Shown: positions 55,622 through 64,000 of the stretch, one piece after another
How positions within the stretch are numbered: position 1 is the first letter of the stretch
Layout of the letters: each line of letters opens with the position of its first letter
Source of the DNA: an uncultured delta proteobacterium
Lineage (GTDB): Bacteria; Myxococcota; UBA727; VGSZ01
Length of the DNA stretch: 64,000 nt
Direction of reading: 5' to 3'
Assembly (NCBI GenBank): GCA_963775425.1
Contig: CAVZJB010000004.1
Coordinates: 128,001 to 192,000, forward strand
Position numbers and translations under genes: made by a program
Notes under the pieces: generated by a model
Database searches by the model: none
What the model was told of the DNA's origin: nothing
Seen by the model: only the letters and a program-made list of their open reading frames with translations

Positions 55622-56382
55622 GTGGCGCTGGTGGAGATCCTGGGACCGCGGGAGATCGAGGCGATGCGCCGCGCCGGCCGCGCCGCCGCCGCCACCCTCG
55701 ACGTCGTCGCCGCGGCGCTGTGCCCGGGCATGACCACCGCGGACATCGACGCCCTCGTGCGCGAGGACACCCGACAGCGCGGGGGCACGCCGAGCCAGCT
55801 CGGCTACCACGGCTTCCCCGCCGCCGTGTGACGAGCCGCAACGACGTCGTCTGCCACGGGATCCCCAGCCGGCGCGAGGCGCTCCGCGACGGCGACATCG
55901 TGAACGTCGACGTCACCACTTGCCTCGACGGCTTCCACGGCGACACCTCGCGCACCTTCATCGTCGGCCCGCCCTCCGCCGCCGCGCCCGCCGCCCGGCG
56001 GCTCGTCGACGTCGCCCGCCGCTGCCGGGACGCGGGGATCGCCGCCGTCCGCCCCGGCGCCCGCCTCGGCGACATCGGCGCTGCCATCGCGGCGCACGCG
56101 GCGGCGGAGGGCGTCAGCGTCGTCACCGACTACGGCGGCCACGGCATCGGCCGCGAGATGCACCTCGAGCCGCACGTGCCGCACACCGCGCGGCGCGGCG
56201 CGGGGCTCCGGCTCGTCGAGGGCATGGCGTTCACCATCGAGCCGATGGTGAACCTCGGCGGCCCCGACGTCCGCCTCTGCGCCGACGGCTGGCGCGTGGT
56301 CACCGCCGACGGTTCGCTGTCGGCGCAATTCGAGCACACCCTCGTCGTCACCGCGGGCGGCTGCGAGCTGCTCACCGGGTGA
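55622..56382 (+). pseudogene. map: Type I methionine aminopeptidase with a 1-nt frameshift (pseudogene or sequencing error)
   Basis: EIEAMRRAG...GYHGFPAAV then TGA at 55829; continues in another frame as TSRNDVVCHGIP, VNVD, HGDTS, GHGIG, IEPM, FEHT. Confidence 0.88.
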
Positions 56383-56510
56383 GCGTCGAGCGTCGAGCGT
56401 CGGCGCGGCGCTCGAGCGACGGCTCGCTCGTTGTTCGCGGCGCGCGCGCGCCGTCGGGGCGCCACCGGGATCTGCTTTGCGGCGCGGGGAGGAATGCGGT
56501 CGGATGCCGC

Positions 56511-57584
56511 ATGCGTGCGTCCTCGTGCCTCCTCCTGCTGTTCGTCGCCTCCTCCGCCGCCGCCGCCGACGAGCCACCCGTGTTGCGCGTCGGGGTCGCC
56601 GGCTCCGCGCCGTTCGTCATCCACCGCGACGGGCGGGTGGGCGACGCCGCGCTCTCCGGGCTGTCCGTCGACGTGTGGCGGGCGCTCGCCGAGCGGGCGG
56701 GCGTCCGCTTCGAGATGCACCGCCAGGGCACCGTCTCGGAGGCGCTCGACGCGGTGGCGCAAGGCGGGCTCGACGTCGCGGTGGGCCCGATCAGCATCAC
56801 GTCCGAGCGCCTCGAGCACGTGGACTTCACGCACCCCTACTACGAGTCGAGCCTGGCGATCCTCGCGCCGCGGGTGGCCACCGGTCCGCTCGCCTGGATC
56901 CGGCCGTTTTTCAGCAAGGCGTTCGTGTTCGGGCTCCTCGGACTGCTGACCGTGCTGTTCTTCGTCGGCGTGCTGTTGTGGCTCGCGGAGCGCAAGCAGA
57001 ACGCGTCCCACTTCCCGCACACCCCCGTGCGCGGGATCGGCAACGGCATCTGGGCGGCGCTCGTCACCATGACCACCGTGGGCTACGGCGATCGGGTCCC
57101 GGTGACCCCGGCGGGGCGGGTGATCACCGGAGCGTGGATGTTGGTCGCGATGATCACCGCGTCGTCGCTCACCGCCGGCATCGCGTCGGCCCTGACGCTC
57201 CAGCACCTCGAGCACACCGCCATCGAGAGTGCCGATCAGCTTCGTGCCCGGCGCGTGGCGACGGTGCGGGGCTCGACGGCGGAGGCGTTCGCGGACCAAA
57301 ACGGCGCGCGGGTGGTGAGCGCGACCGAGCTCGGCGGCGCGGTGGCGCGCCTGGCGCAGGGCGACGCCGATGCGGTGGTCTTCGACGAGCCGATGATCCA
57401 GTACTACCTCCGCGAGCACCCCACCGCGCCGTTCGACCGCGCCGAGCGCACCTACGAGCCGCAGGGCTACGGGTTCGCGGTCCCCGTCGGCAGCGGCCTC
57501 GGGCACCGGCTCGACGTCGCGCTCGAGCGCCTGCGCGAGTCGGGTCGGCTCCGGGCGATCGAGAGGCGCTGGCTCGGCGAGTGA
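56511..57584 (+). CDS. GluR0-like ligand-gated K+ channel (solute-binding S1 / K+ pore / S2)
   Basis: Signal peptide, ISITSERLEHVDFTHPY, TM, TMTTVGYGD filter, TM, GSTA, YGFAVP.GS.L. Confidence 0.9.
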   Translation: MRASSCLLLLFVASSAAAADEPPVLRVGVAGSAPFVIHRDGRVGDAALSGLSVDVWRALAERAGVRFEMHRQGTVSEALDAVAQGGLDVAVGPISITSERLEHVDFTHPYYESSLAILAPRVATGPLAWIRPFFSKAFVFGLLGLLTVLFFVGVLLWLAERKQNASHFPHTPVRGIGNGIWAALVTMTTVGYGDRVPVTPAGRVITGAWMLVAMITASSLTAGIASALTLQHLEHTAIESADQLRARRVATVRGSTAEAFADQNGARVVSATELGGAVARLAQGDADAVVFDEPMIQYYLREHPTAPFDRAERTYEPQGYGFAVPVGSGLGHRLDVALERLRESGRLRAIERRWLGE

Positions 57585-57666
57585 CTCGGCGAGCGAGTCG
57601 GAGGGCGCGGCGCCATCGGACGCGCGTCGCTGCTCGACATCCCGCCGGTTCTGCTACGGTGCTCGC

Positions 57667-58908
57667 GTGGCAGAGAGGGTCGGCCCCTACGAGGTCACCG
57701 AGCTGCTCGCGGCGGGCGGGATGGCCGAGATCTTCCTTGGCAAGAAGCTCGGGCCCGGGGGCTTCGAGAAGCACCTCGTCATCAAGCGCATCACCAAGAA
57801 GCTCATCGGCGACCGCGAGATCGAGGCGATGTTCCTCGACGAGGCGCGCGTGCAGGCGCTCCTCGATCACCCGAACATCGTGCAGATCTACGACTTCGGC
57901 GAGGAGCGGGGCTCGTACTTCATCGCCATGGAGCTCATCCGCGGCGCCACGCTGCGCTGGGTGATCGACAACGCCAACGCCGTGCGCCGGCCCGTCCCGC
58001 TCCAGCACGCGCTGCGCATCGCGGGGGACGTGCTCTCCGGCCTGCACTACGCCCACGAGCGCGCCGAGGACGACGGCACGCCCCTTCGCCTCATCCACCG
58101 GGACATCTCTCCGGTGAACGTCCTCATCTCACGAAGCGGCATCGCCAAGCTGTGCGACTTCGGGGTCGCCAAGAGCGAGATGCAGCGGGTGATGACGCGC
58201 GCGGGCATCGTGAAGGGCAAGTTCCGCTACATGTCTCCCGAGCAGCTCAACGCCGAGCCCCTCGACCGCCGCGCCGACCTGTTCGCCGTGGGCACCGTGC
58301 TGTGGGAGATGCTGGCGGGCCGCCGGCTGTTCGATAGCCAGAGCGAGGACGACGTCGTCACCGCCATCCGCAGCGGCAACTACCCGCCGCCCTCGGACTA
58401 CCGCCCCGGCCTGCCCCGCCCCGTGGACCGCATCCTCCGGCGCGCGCTGCACCCCAACCGCGACCGCCGCTTCCGCAGCGCCCGCGAGTTCCAGCTCGCC
58501 TGTGAGGAGATCATGCGGCTGTTGCCGCAGGCGTCGAACTCGGTGCTCGTCGGCGAATACGTCTCGTCGGAGCTCGACGGCACCGCGGGCCTCGGCGTCC
58601 CCACGCGCAAGCGCCGCTACACCCCGGAGAACGACTCGCTCGTCGCGAGCGGCTTCGAGGCCCTGGACCCGCCCGTCCCGTCGGCGCCGACGTCAATCAG
58701 CGCGCCGCCGTCGGCGGAGATCGAGGACCCCATCGGCATGGTGGCGCCGCCGCCCACGATCCTCGGCCGCATGCTCGGGGCGGCCCTCGTCTTCCCCGCG
58801 GCCGTCTTCGGCGGGTTCGGCAAGGCCATCGAGGGCATCGGCGCGCTGGTGTCGCCGCGCAAGAAGCAGCCCGAGGTGCGCATCTCCCGCACCCAGATGC
58901 GCGATTGA
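57667..58908 (+). CDS. Hanks-type Ser/Thr protein kinase
   Basis: LAAGGMAEI, VIKR, HRDISPVN, DFGVAK, GKFRYMSPEQ, DLFAVG. Confidence 0.95.
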   Translation: MAERVGPYEVTELLAAGGMAEIFLGKKLGPGGFEKHLVIKRITKKLIGDREIEAMFLDEARVQALLDHPNIVQIYDFGEERGSYFIAMELIRGATLRWVIDNANAVRRPVPLQHALRIAGDVLSGLHYAHERAEDDGTPLRLIHRDISPVNVLISRSGIAKLCDFGVAKSEMQRVMTRAGIVKGKFRYMSPEQLNAEPLDRRADLFAVGTVLWEMLAGRRLFDSQSEDDVVTAIRSGNYPPPSDYRPGLPRPVDRILRRALHPNRDRRFRSAREFQLACEEIMRLLPQASNSVLVGEYVSSELDGTAGLGVPTRKRRYTPENDSLVASGFEALDPPVPSAPTSISAPPSAEIEDPIGMVAPPPTILGRMLGAALVFPAAVFGGFGKAIEGIGALVSPRKKQPEVRISRTQMRD

Positions 58909-58952
58909 CCCGCGCGGCCGCACGTTCTTCTCGCCGTGCTACGCTGCGTTCG

Positions 58953-59375
58953 ATGAGCCAGCCCGTCGACGACGACGTCGCCACCGACCTCGTGTCCGAC
59001 TCCGTCACGCAGGGCATCCGCGTCCGCGTCCGGTCGAGCTTCCTGCCCGAGCACAGCGTTCCGCGCGAGCGCCGGTGGGCCTTCAGCTACACCGTCACCA
59101 TCACCAACGAGGGCAGCGAGTCCGCCACGCTGCTCGCGCGGCACTGGGTGATCACCGACGGCGGCGGCGGCGTCGAGCAGGTCAAGGGCCCGGGCGTCGT
59201 CGGCTACCAGCCGCAGCTCGCGGGCGGGCAGAGCTTCACGTACACGTCCGGCGCCATCCTCCGCACGCCGCACGGCATGATGCAGGGCTCGTATCTGATG
59301 GAGCGCGCCGACGGCGCCCGCTTCGACGCGGCCATCGCCCCGTTCGCCCTGGCCACGCCCGAATCCATCCATTGA
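58953..59375 (+). CDS. apaG: ApaG (DUF525) protein
   Basis: YTVTITNEG, LLARHWVITDG, VKGPGVVGYQP, YTSGA, GMMQGSY. Confidence 0.95.
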   Translation: MSQPVDDDVATDLVSDSVTQGIRVRVRSSFLPEHSVPRERRWAFSYTVTITNEGSESATLLARHWVITDGGGGVEQVKGPGVVGYQPQLAGGQSFTYTSGAILRTPHGMMQGSYLMERADGARFDAAIAPFALATPESIH

Positions 59376-59417
59376 CCGGCGCGGCCGCTTCCTGCGGTCA
59401 CTGAGGCCGCGCCGCGC

Positions 59418-60359
59418 TCACTCGGCGAGGCCGAAGAATTCGAGGGCGGCGCCGACGGCGCACAAGCCGTCGTCCTCGAGGAACGGGCCGGCCTCGCCGC
59501 AGCCGGCGGCGGCGTCGACGGGGAGGGCGTGGCCGACGCCGTCGAGCGTGACCCTGCGAACGGGCCCGAAGTCGTCGATGGTGACGGCGCCCTTGTCGCT
59601 CTCGGCACTCGTGGTGGCGGTGGGCTCGTCGTCGTCGCTCCACTGGAGCACCAGGGCGGCCGCGCTCTTCGGCGTGACGACGGGATCGTCCGTGCCCTGC
59701 ATGATGAGCACCGGGCGCTCGCCGGCGCCGACGTCGAGGCCCGCGGCGGGCGCGCCGGCGTCGTCGAGGAGGGCCCGCCACTGGGCGCGGGTGTGGTCCG
59801 GGGCGCCGGCCATGCACGAGGCGGCGTCGGCGAGGGAGGTGGCGCATCCGTAGGGGCCGCCGGCGAAGGACGCGACGCCGGTGACGACGTCGGGGTAGGC
59901 GGCGGCGAAGGCGACGGCCATGACGGCGCCGGCGGAGAGCCCGGCGACGACGACGGGCAATCCCTCGCGCACCGACGCGGCGGACACCATCTCGCGGATG
60001 GACTCGAGCTCGCCGCGGCCGCGCACGACGTCGTCGGCGAGGAACCAATCGAAGCAGAGCTGGGGGTTGTTCACCGCGGCCTGCTCGGGGGCGACGACGG
60101 CGAGGTCGTTTGGGTCGGCGAGCGCGAGGAGGCCGGAGCGGCGGGCGACGTCGTGGTCCTCGGTGCAGCCGTGGAGCATGACGACGAGGCCCTTGGCTTC
60201 GCCGCCGGGATCCTTCTCGAACATGCGCAGGCCGCCGGGGTTGTCGCCGAAGTCGTGGACCTCGTGCATCGGATCGGCCTGGCAGCCGAGCGCGGCCGTC
60301 GCCGCGGCCACAAGCGCGAGCGCGGCGCGGATCGTGCGCGGGGCGCCCGCGGCGCTCAT
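59418..60359 (-). CDS. PHB-depolymerase-family esterase (lipoprotein)
   Basis: FGDNPGGLRM, LVVMLHGCT, CFDWF, GLSAG, QGTDD, GH; lipobox ALGC. Confidence 0.88.
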   Translation of the reverse strand: MSAAGAPRTIRAALALVAAATAALGCQADPMHEVHDFGDNPGGLRMFEKDPGGEAKGLVVMLHGCTEDHDVARRSGLLALADPNDLAVVAPEQAAVNNPQLCFDWFLADDVVRGRGELESIREMVSAASVREGLPVVVAGLSAGAVMAVAFAAAYPDVVTGVASFAGGPYGCATSLADAASCMAGAPDHTRAQWRALLDDAGAPAAGLDVGAGERPVLIMQGTDDPVVTPKSAAALVLQWSDDDEPTATTSAESDKGAVTIDDFGPVRRVTLDGVGHALPVDAAAGCGEAGPFLEDDGLCAVGAALEFFGLAE

Positions 60360-61678
60360 GACGTGAACGGGTCCAGGCGCAGGCGCACACCCGCGCCGAA
60401 GAGGATGCCGAGCTCGGGCCACACGCGGGGGGTGCAGAAGAGGTCGACGTCGAAGTTCTCGACGCGGCCGTAGGTCATCGTGAGCGGGATGGTGACGGAC
60501 TGATCGCCGCCCTCGTCGCGCGCGAGGAGGTGGCTGATGCCGGGGGCGCCGGTCTCGACGAAGTTGATGGACAGCTCGCGGACGGGCGTGACGATGGTGC
60601 TGGCGACGCCGAGGCCGGCGGAGACGGCGAGGGAGTCGAGCAGGTCGTAGGTGACGTGGCCGTCGACGGCGACGGCGTGCTCGTCGTCGTTATTGAGGAA
60701 GGAGAGCCGGTAGCGGTAGTGGGCGAAGGCGCCGACGAGGACCTTGTCGCCGAAGGTCTTTTCGTAGCCGACGACGCCCTCGAAGTGAAAGCGCGTGCCG
60801 ACGGCGGACTCGCCGGTGTCGGGGACGATGCGGAAGCCGGCGTCCCAGTGGGCGAGGCCGGCGTCGAGGATGACGGCGCCGCCCGCGGTCTGCGGGGAGC
60901 CGAAGCGCGCGCGCACCATGAGCGATGACGGGTACGGCAGCAGGTCGGTGCGGAGCTCGATGCTGTCGGTGATGCCGAAGCGGATGTCGTCGACGAAGCG
61001 GGTGGGGCCGGTGCCGACGAGGCCGTAGCGCGCGCCGACCATGATTTCGTACGCCTTGAGCGTCGGCTCACGGCGCGTGAGCGGGATGGGATCGCCCACG
61101 CGGTGCTCGGGCTTCACCTCGGCCGTCGCCGTCGCCGCCGCGGCCTTGCCGGCCGCCGCGGCCTCGGCCGGATCATGCGCGGCCGGCGGCGGGGGCGTCG
61201 ACGGCGCGGTGTCCGCCGACGGCGGGGGCGTCGACGGCGCGGTGTCCGCCGACGGCGGGGGCGTCGACGGCGCGGTGTCCGCCGACGGCGGGGGCGGCGG
61301 GGGCGTCGACGGCGCGGCGTCCGCCGACGGCGGGGGCGTCGACGACGCGGTGTCTGTCGGCGGGGCGTTCGTCGACGGGGAGTCCGTCGACGGCGCGGCC
61401 CCTGTCGGCGGGGCGTTCGTCGGCGGGGAGTCCGTCGACGGCGCGGGCGGCTCTTTCGGGGGCGCCTTCGGGCATCCCGCGGGCGGCTGTGGGCACGGCT
61501 CCGTCGCGCACGGCGGCGGCGCGCACGGATCCTTCGGCGCCGCATCGGCAGCGGGGGCGTCGGCGGCGGGGGCGTCGGCGGCGGGCGCGTCGGCGGTGGG
61601 GGCAGGCGCGTCGTCCTGCGCCGACGCGGTCGCGGCCGCGAGGAGCGAGAGCGTCGCGAGGGCGAGGAACGGGCGCAT
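60356..61678 (-). CDS. Exported protein with Pro/Ser/Thr-rich repeats and a probable C-terminal beta-barrel
   Basis: Signal peptide, 33-bp repeats (STPPPSADTAP), amphipathic beta-strand C-terminal half. Confidence 0.65.
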   Translation of the reverse strand: MRPFLALATLSLLAAATASAQDDAPAPTADAPAADAPAADAPAADAAPKDPCAPPPCATEPCPQPPAGCPKAPPKEPPAPSTDSPPTNAPPTGAAPSTDSPSTNAPPTDTASSTPPPSADAAPSTPPPPPPSADTAPSTPPPSADTAPSTPPPSADTAPSTPPPPAAHDPAEAAAAGKAAAATATAEVKPEHRVGDPIPLTRREPTLKAYEIMVGARYGLVGTGPTRFVDDIRFGITDSIELRTDLLPYPSSLMVRARFGSPQTAGGAVILDAGLAHWDAGFRIVPDTGESAVGTRFHFEGVVGYEKTFGDKVLVGAFAHYRYRLSFLNNDDEHAVAVDGHVTYDLLDSLAVSAGLGVASTIVTPVRELSINFVETGAPGISHLLARDEGGDQSVTIPLTMTYGRVENFDVDLFCTPRVWPELGILFGAGVRLRLDPFTS

Positions 61679-61896
61679 GACGCTCCCTTAGCACGTCGGC
61701 GCAGGCGTCACATGGGCGTCGGGGCCCACCGGCGCGACGAGGCGCGGACCGCCGTGTCGACGGTGCGGCGACGACGGCGCCGGCCGAAGCGTCGACGCGA
61801 AAGAGGCGCCGACCAACAGAGGCGCCGGGATTCGCGGCGGGCGCGTCGTCGTCGTCTGCGACAACGTCGTGCCCGCCGCGAACGTCCCCGCACGAG

Positions 61897-62928
61897 TCAG
61901 CGGCGCGCGGGGGCGCGGGGCTCGCGGTTTTGGAAGTCGAGCATCCAGCCCGGGTACTCCGGCGGGAGCGCGCTCGCCTCGTCGAGGAGCTGGACCTGCT
62001 CCGGCGACAACGTCAGCTCGGTCGCCGCGAGGTTGTCGACGAGCTGCTCCTTGTTCTTGGCCCCGATGATGACGCTCGTGACGAACGGCCGCGTCAGCGT
62101 CCAGGCCAGCGCCACGCGCGCCGGCGACGCCCCCGTCGCCTCCGCGACCTTGCGCAGCGCGGGCAGCACCCTGGCCAGCCGATCCTTGTCGACGGGCGGG
62201 AAGTCGAACGACGCGCGGCGCGCCCCTTCGGGCCCGGCCTTGTCGGCGTCGAACTTGCCCGAGAGCAGCCCGCCCGCGAGCGGGCTCCACGGCAGGATCG
62301 CGAGCTTCTGGTCTTTGGCCAGCGGTGCCAGCTCGCGCTCGACGTCGCGGCCCACCAGCGAATAGTAGAGCTGCGCGCTCTCGAAGCGCGCGAAGCGGTT
62401 GTGCTCCGCATACGCCAGCGCCTTCATCGCGAGCCACGCCGGCAGGTTGCTGAAGCCGACGTAGCGCACCTTGCCGGCGCGCACGACGTCGTCGAGGGCG
62501 CGCACGGTCTCCTCGATGGGGACGTCCGGGTCCACGCCGTGGATCTGGTAGAGGTCGATATGGTCGAGGCCGAGCCGCGACAGGCTCTGATCCACCGCGT
62601 GGAGGATGTGCGCGCGCGACAGCCCGGTCTCGTTCGGCCCGGGGCCCATGCGCCCGCGCACCTTGGTGGCGACGACGACCTGCGCGCGCGGCCGCTTGAG
62701 CGCCTTGAGCGCCGCGCCCGTGAGCTTCTCGGACTCGCCCTCCGCGTAGACGTTGGCGGTGTCGATGAAGTTGACGCCCGCGTCGAGCGCGGTGCCGATG
62801 ACCGCCTCGACCTCCTTGTGGCCGAGGGTGCCCACGACCTGCCAGAAGCCCTTGCCGCCGAAGGTCATGGTGCCGAGGCAGATCTCCGAGACGAACAGAC
62901 CGGTGTTTCCGAGTGTGGAGTAGCGCAT
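61897..62928 (-). CDS. Aldo/keto reductase
   Basis: LGTMTFG, FIDTANVY, VATK, IDLYQIH, GKVRYVGFSN, WSPLAGGLLSGK. Confidence 0.96.
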   Translation of the reverse strand: MRYSTLGNTGLFVSEICLGTMTFGGKGFWQVVGTLGHKEVEAVIGTALDAGVNFIDTANVYAEGESEKLTGAALKALKRPRAQVVVATKVRGRMGPGPNETGLSRAHILHAVDQSLSRLGLDHIDLYQIHGVDPDVPIEETVRALDDVVRAGKVRYVGFSNLPAWLAMKALAYAEHNRFARFESAQLYYSLVGRDVERELAPLAKDQKLAILPWSPLAGGLLSGKFDADKAGPEGARRASFDFPPVDKDRLARVLPALRKVAEATGASPARVALAWTLTRPFVTSVIIGAKNKEQLVDNLAATELTLSPEQVQLLDEASALPPEYPGWMLDFQNREPRAPARR

Positions 62929-63037
62929 GGCCCCTCAGATGCCTCCGGACCGGGCGCGTTGCAAGCGCGTCTTGCCCCGCGCGAACGAGCAGCCGGCAGG
63001 CGGTCTCCGCGCGCGTCGGGCGCTATGCTCGAGCCCG

Positions 63038-63676
63038 ATGAGCACGGCGATCGAGGTGCATGAGGGCAGCGTCACCGACGCCGACGTCGACGTCATCGTC
63101 AACGCGTCGAACACCATCGGCGCGCTCGGCTCCGGCGTCTCCGGGGCCATCCGGGTCGCGTGCGGCCCCGGGTTCCAGGAGGCCATCGAGCGCGCCCTGG
63201 CCGACGCGGGCGGCCCGATGGAGCCCGGCGGCGTCCTCGTCACCGACGCCGGCGCGCACCACCGCGCGCGCCACATGGTCCACGTCGCCGTCATGGACTA
63301 CCGCGACGACGCCCGCCGCGTGCGCCCCGACGCCGAGCGCATCCGCCGCGGCAGCGAGGAGCTGTGGCGCGCCGTCGAGACGCTCCCCGCAGGCGGCGGC
63401 GGCGAGCCCGGCGGCGCGTACTCCGTCGGCATGGTCGCCCTCGGCGCGGGCACGGGCGCCCTCGGCGAGCGCCTGCCCACCGAGATCGCCTGCGAGACGC
63501 TGAGGGAGCACCTGGCGCGGCACCCGTCGTCGCGCATCGGACGCGTGGTCTTCCACGGCTTCACGCTGCCCGAGTACATCAACATCCTCGACGTGGTCTC
63601 GCGCTGGTTCGACGTCGAGGTCCCCGCGGAGCTGCGCGATCACATCGAGCAGATGCGCGGTACCCTCGACGAATGA
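63038..63676 (+). CDS. Macro domain (ADP-ribose-binding/processing) protein
   Basis: GSVTDADVDVIVNASN..GSGVSGAI, HVAVMD, ALGAGTG. Confidence 0.88.
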   Translation: MSTAIEVHEGSVTDADVDVIVNASNTIGALGSGVSGAIRVACGPGFQEAIERALADAGGPMEPGGVLVTDAGAHHRARHMVHVAVMDYRDDARRVRPDAERIRRGSEELWRAVETLPAGGGGEPGGAYSVGMVALGAGTGALGERLPTEIACETLREHLARHPSSRIGRVVFHGFTLPEYINILDVVSRWFDVEVPAELRDHIEQMRGTLDE

Positions 63677-64000
63677 ACGCGCGACTCCTCCTGGTCTGTG
63701 CCGCCGCCGCCCTCGCGACCGCCTGCGACCTCGGCGGCAGCGCCGTCGTCGACAGCGGCTTCGACGAAAACGCCGAGGGCTGGACCGTCATCGGCGACGC
63801 CGCGGCCGTCGAGCCCGAGTACCGCCACGAGGGCGGGAACCCCGGCGGCTTCATCTGCGCCAGCGACGACGCCACGAGCGGCGTGTGGTTCTACAACGCG
63901 CCCGATCGCTACCTCGGCGATCAGTCGGCCGCGCTCGGCACCACCCTGCGCTTCGACCTCACCATCACGTCGCTCGACCAACCCTTCGACGACGTCGACG
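63673..64000 (+). CDS. Lipoprotein with a laminin B (IV)-like domain, 3'-truncated by the window edge
   Basis: ATG overlaps the macro gene stop; lipobox ATAC; FDENAEGWT..GGNPGG..WFYNAPDRYLGD...GTTLRFDL. Confidence 0.7.
   Translation, partial: MNARLLLVCAAAALATACDLGGSAVVDSGFDENAEGWTVIGDAAAVEPEYRHEGGNPGGFICASDDATSGVWFYNAPDRYLGDQSAALGTTLRFDLTITSLDQPFDDVD

Noticed and set aside
55829-55831. Selenocysteine or stop readthrough at the TGA that falls on the Cys position of map
   Set aside because: Readthrough would stay in the wrong frame; the downstream Map sequence requires a frame change, and no slippery site is evident.

Overview
Very GC-rich (roughly 70+%) bacterial chromosomal DNA, most likely from a Myxococcota/deltaproteobacteria-like lineage. 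The evidence is Hanks-type Ser/Thr kinases, an FHA protein, a REC-DUF4388-like protein, a Myxococcus Cys-rich repeat and a MYXO-CTERM-like tail. The core of the window (23.9-52.8 kb, minus strand) is the str-S10-spc-alpha ribosomal protein cluster, but it is heavily remodelled. rplC (L3), rpsN (S14), rpsD (S4), infA and map are absent from their canonical slots. An ~8.7 kb accessory block splits rplW from rplB, and an opposite-strand membrane Ser/Thr kinase sits between adk and rpmJ. Several intergenic regions carry structured leaders or short tandem arrays sharing a TTC-NN-GAAGC core. The flanks hold metabolic, signalling and secreted-protein genes: an S8/FG-GAP protease, an MFS transporter with an inserted PDZ-like domain, SerB, an acyl-CoA dehydrogenase, three (GE)n-linker lipoproteins, a GluR0-like channel, a frameshifted map, ApaG and a macro domain protein. 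There are also IS1182-like remnants. I saw no rRNA, tRNA, CRISPR array, prophage or recognisable defence system. All family calls come from motif recognition by eye, not from database searches.
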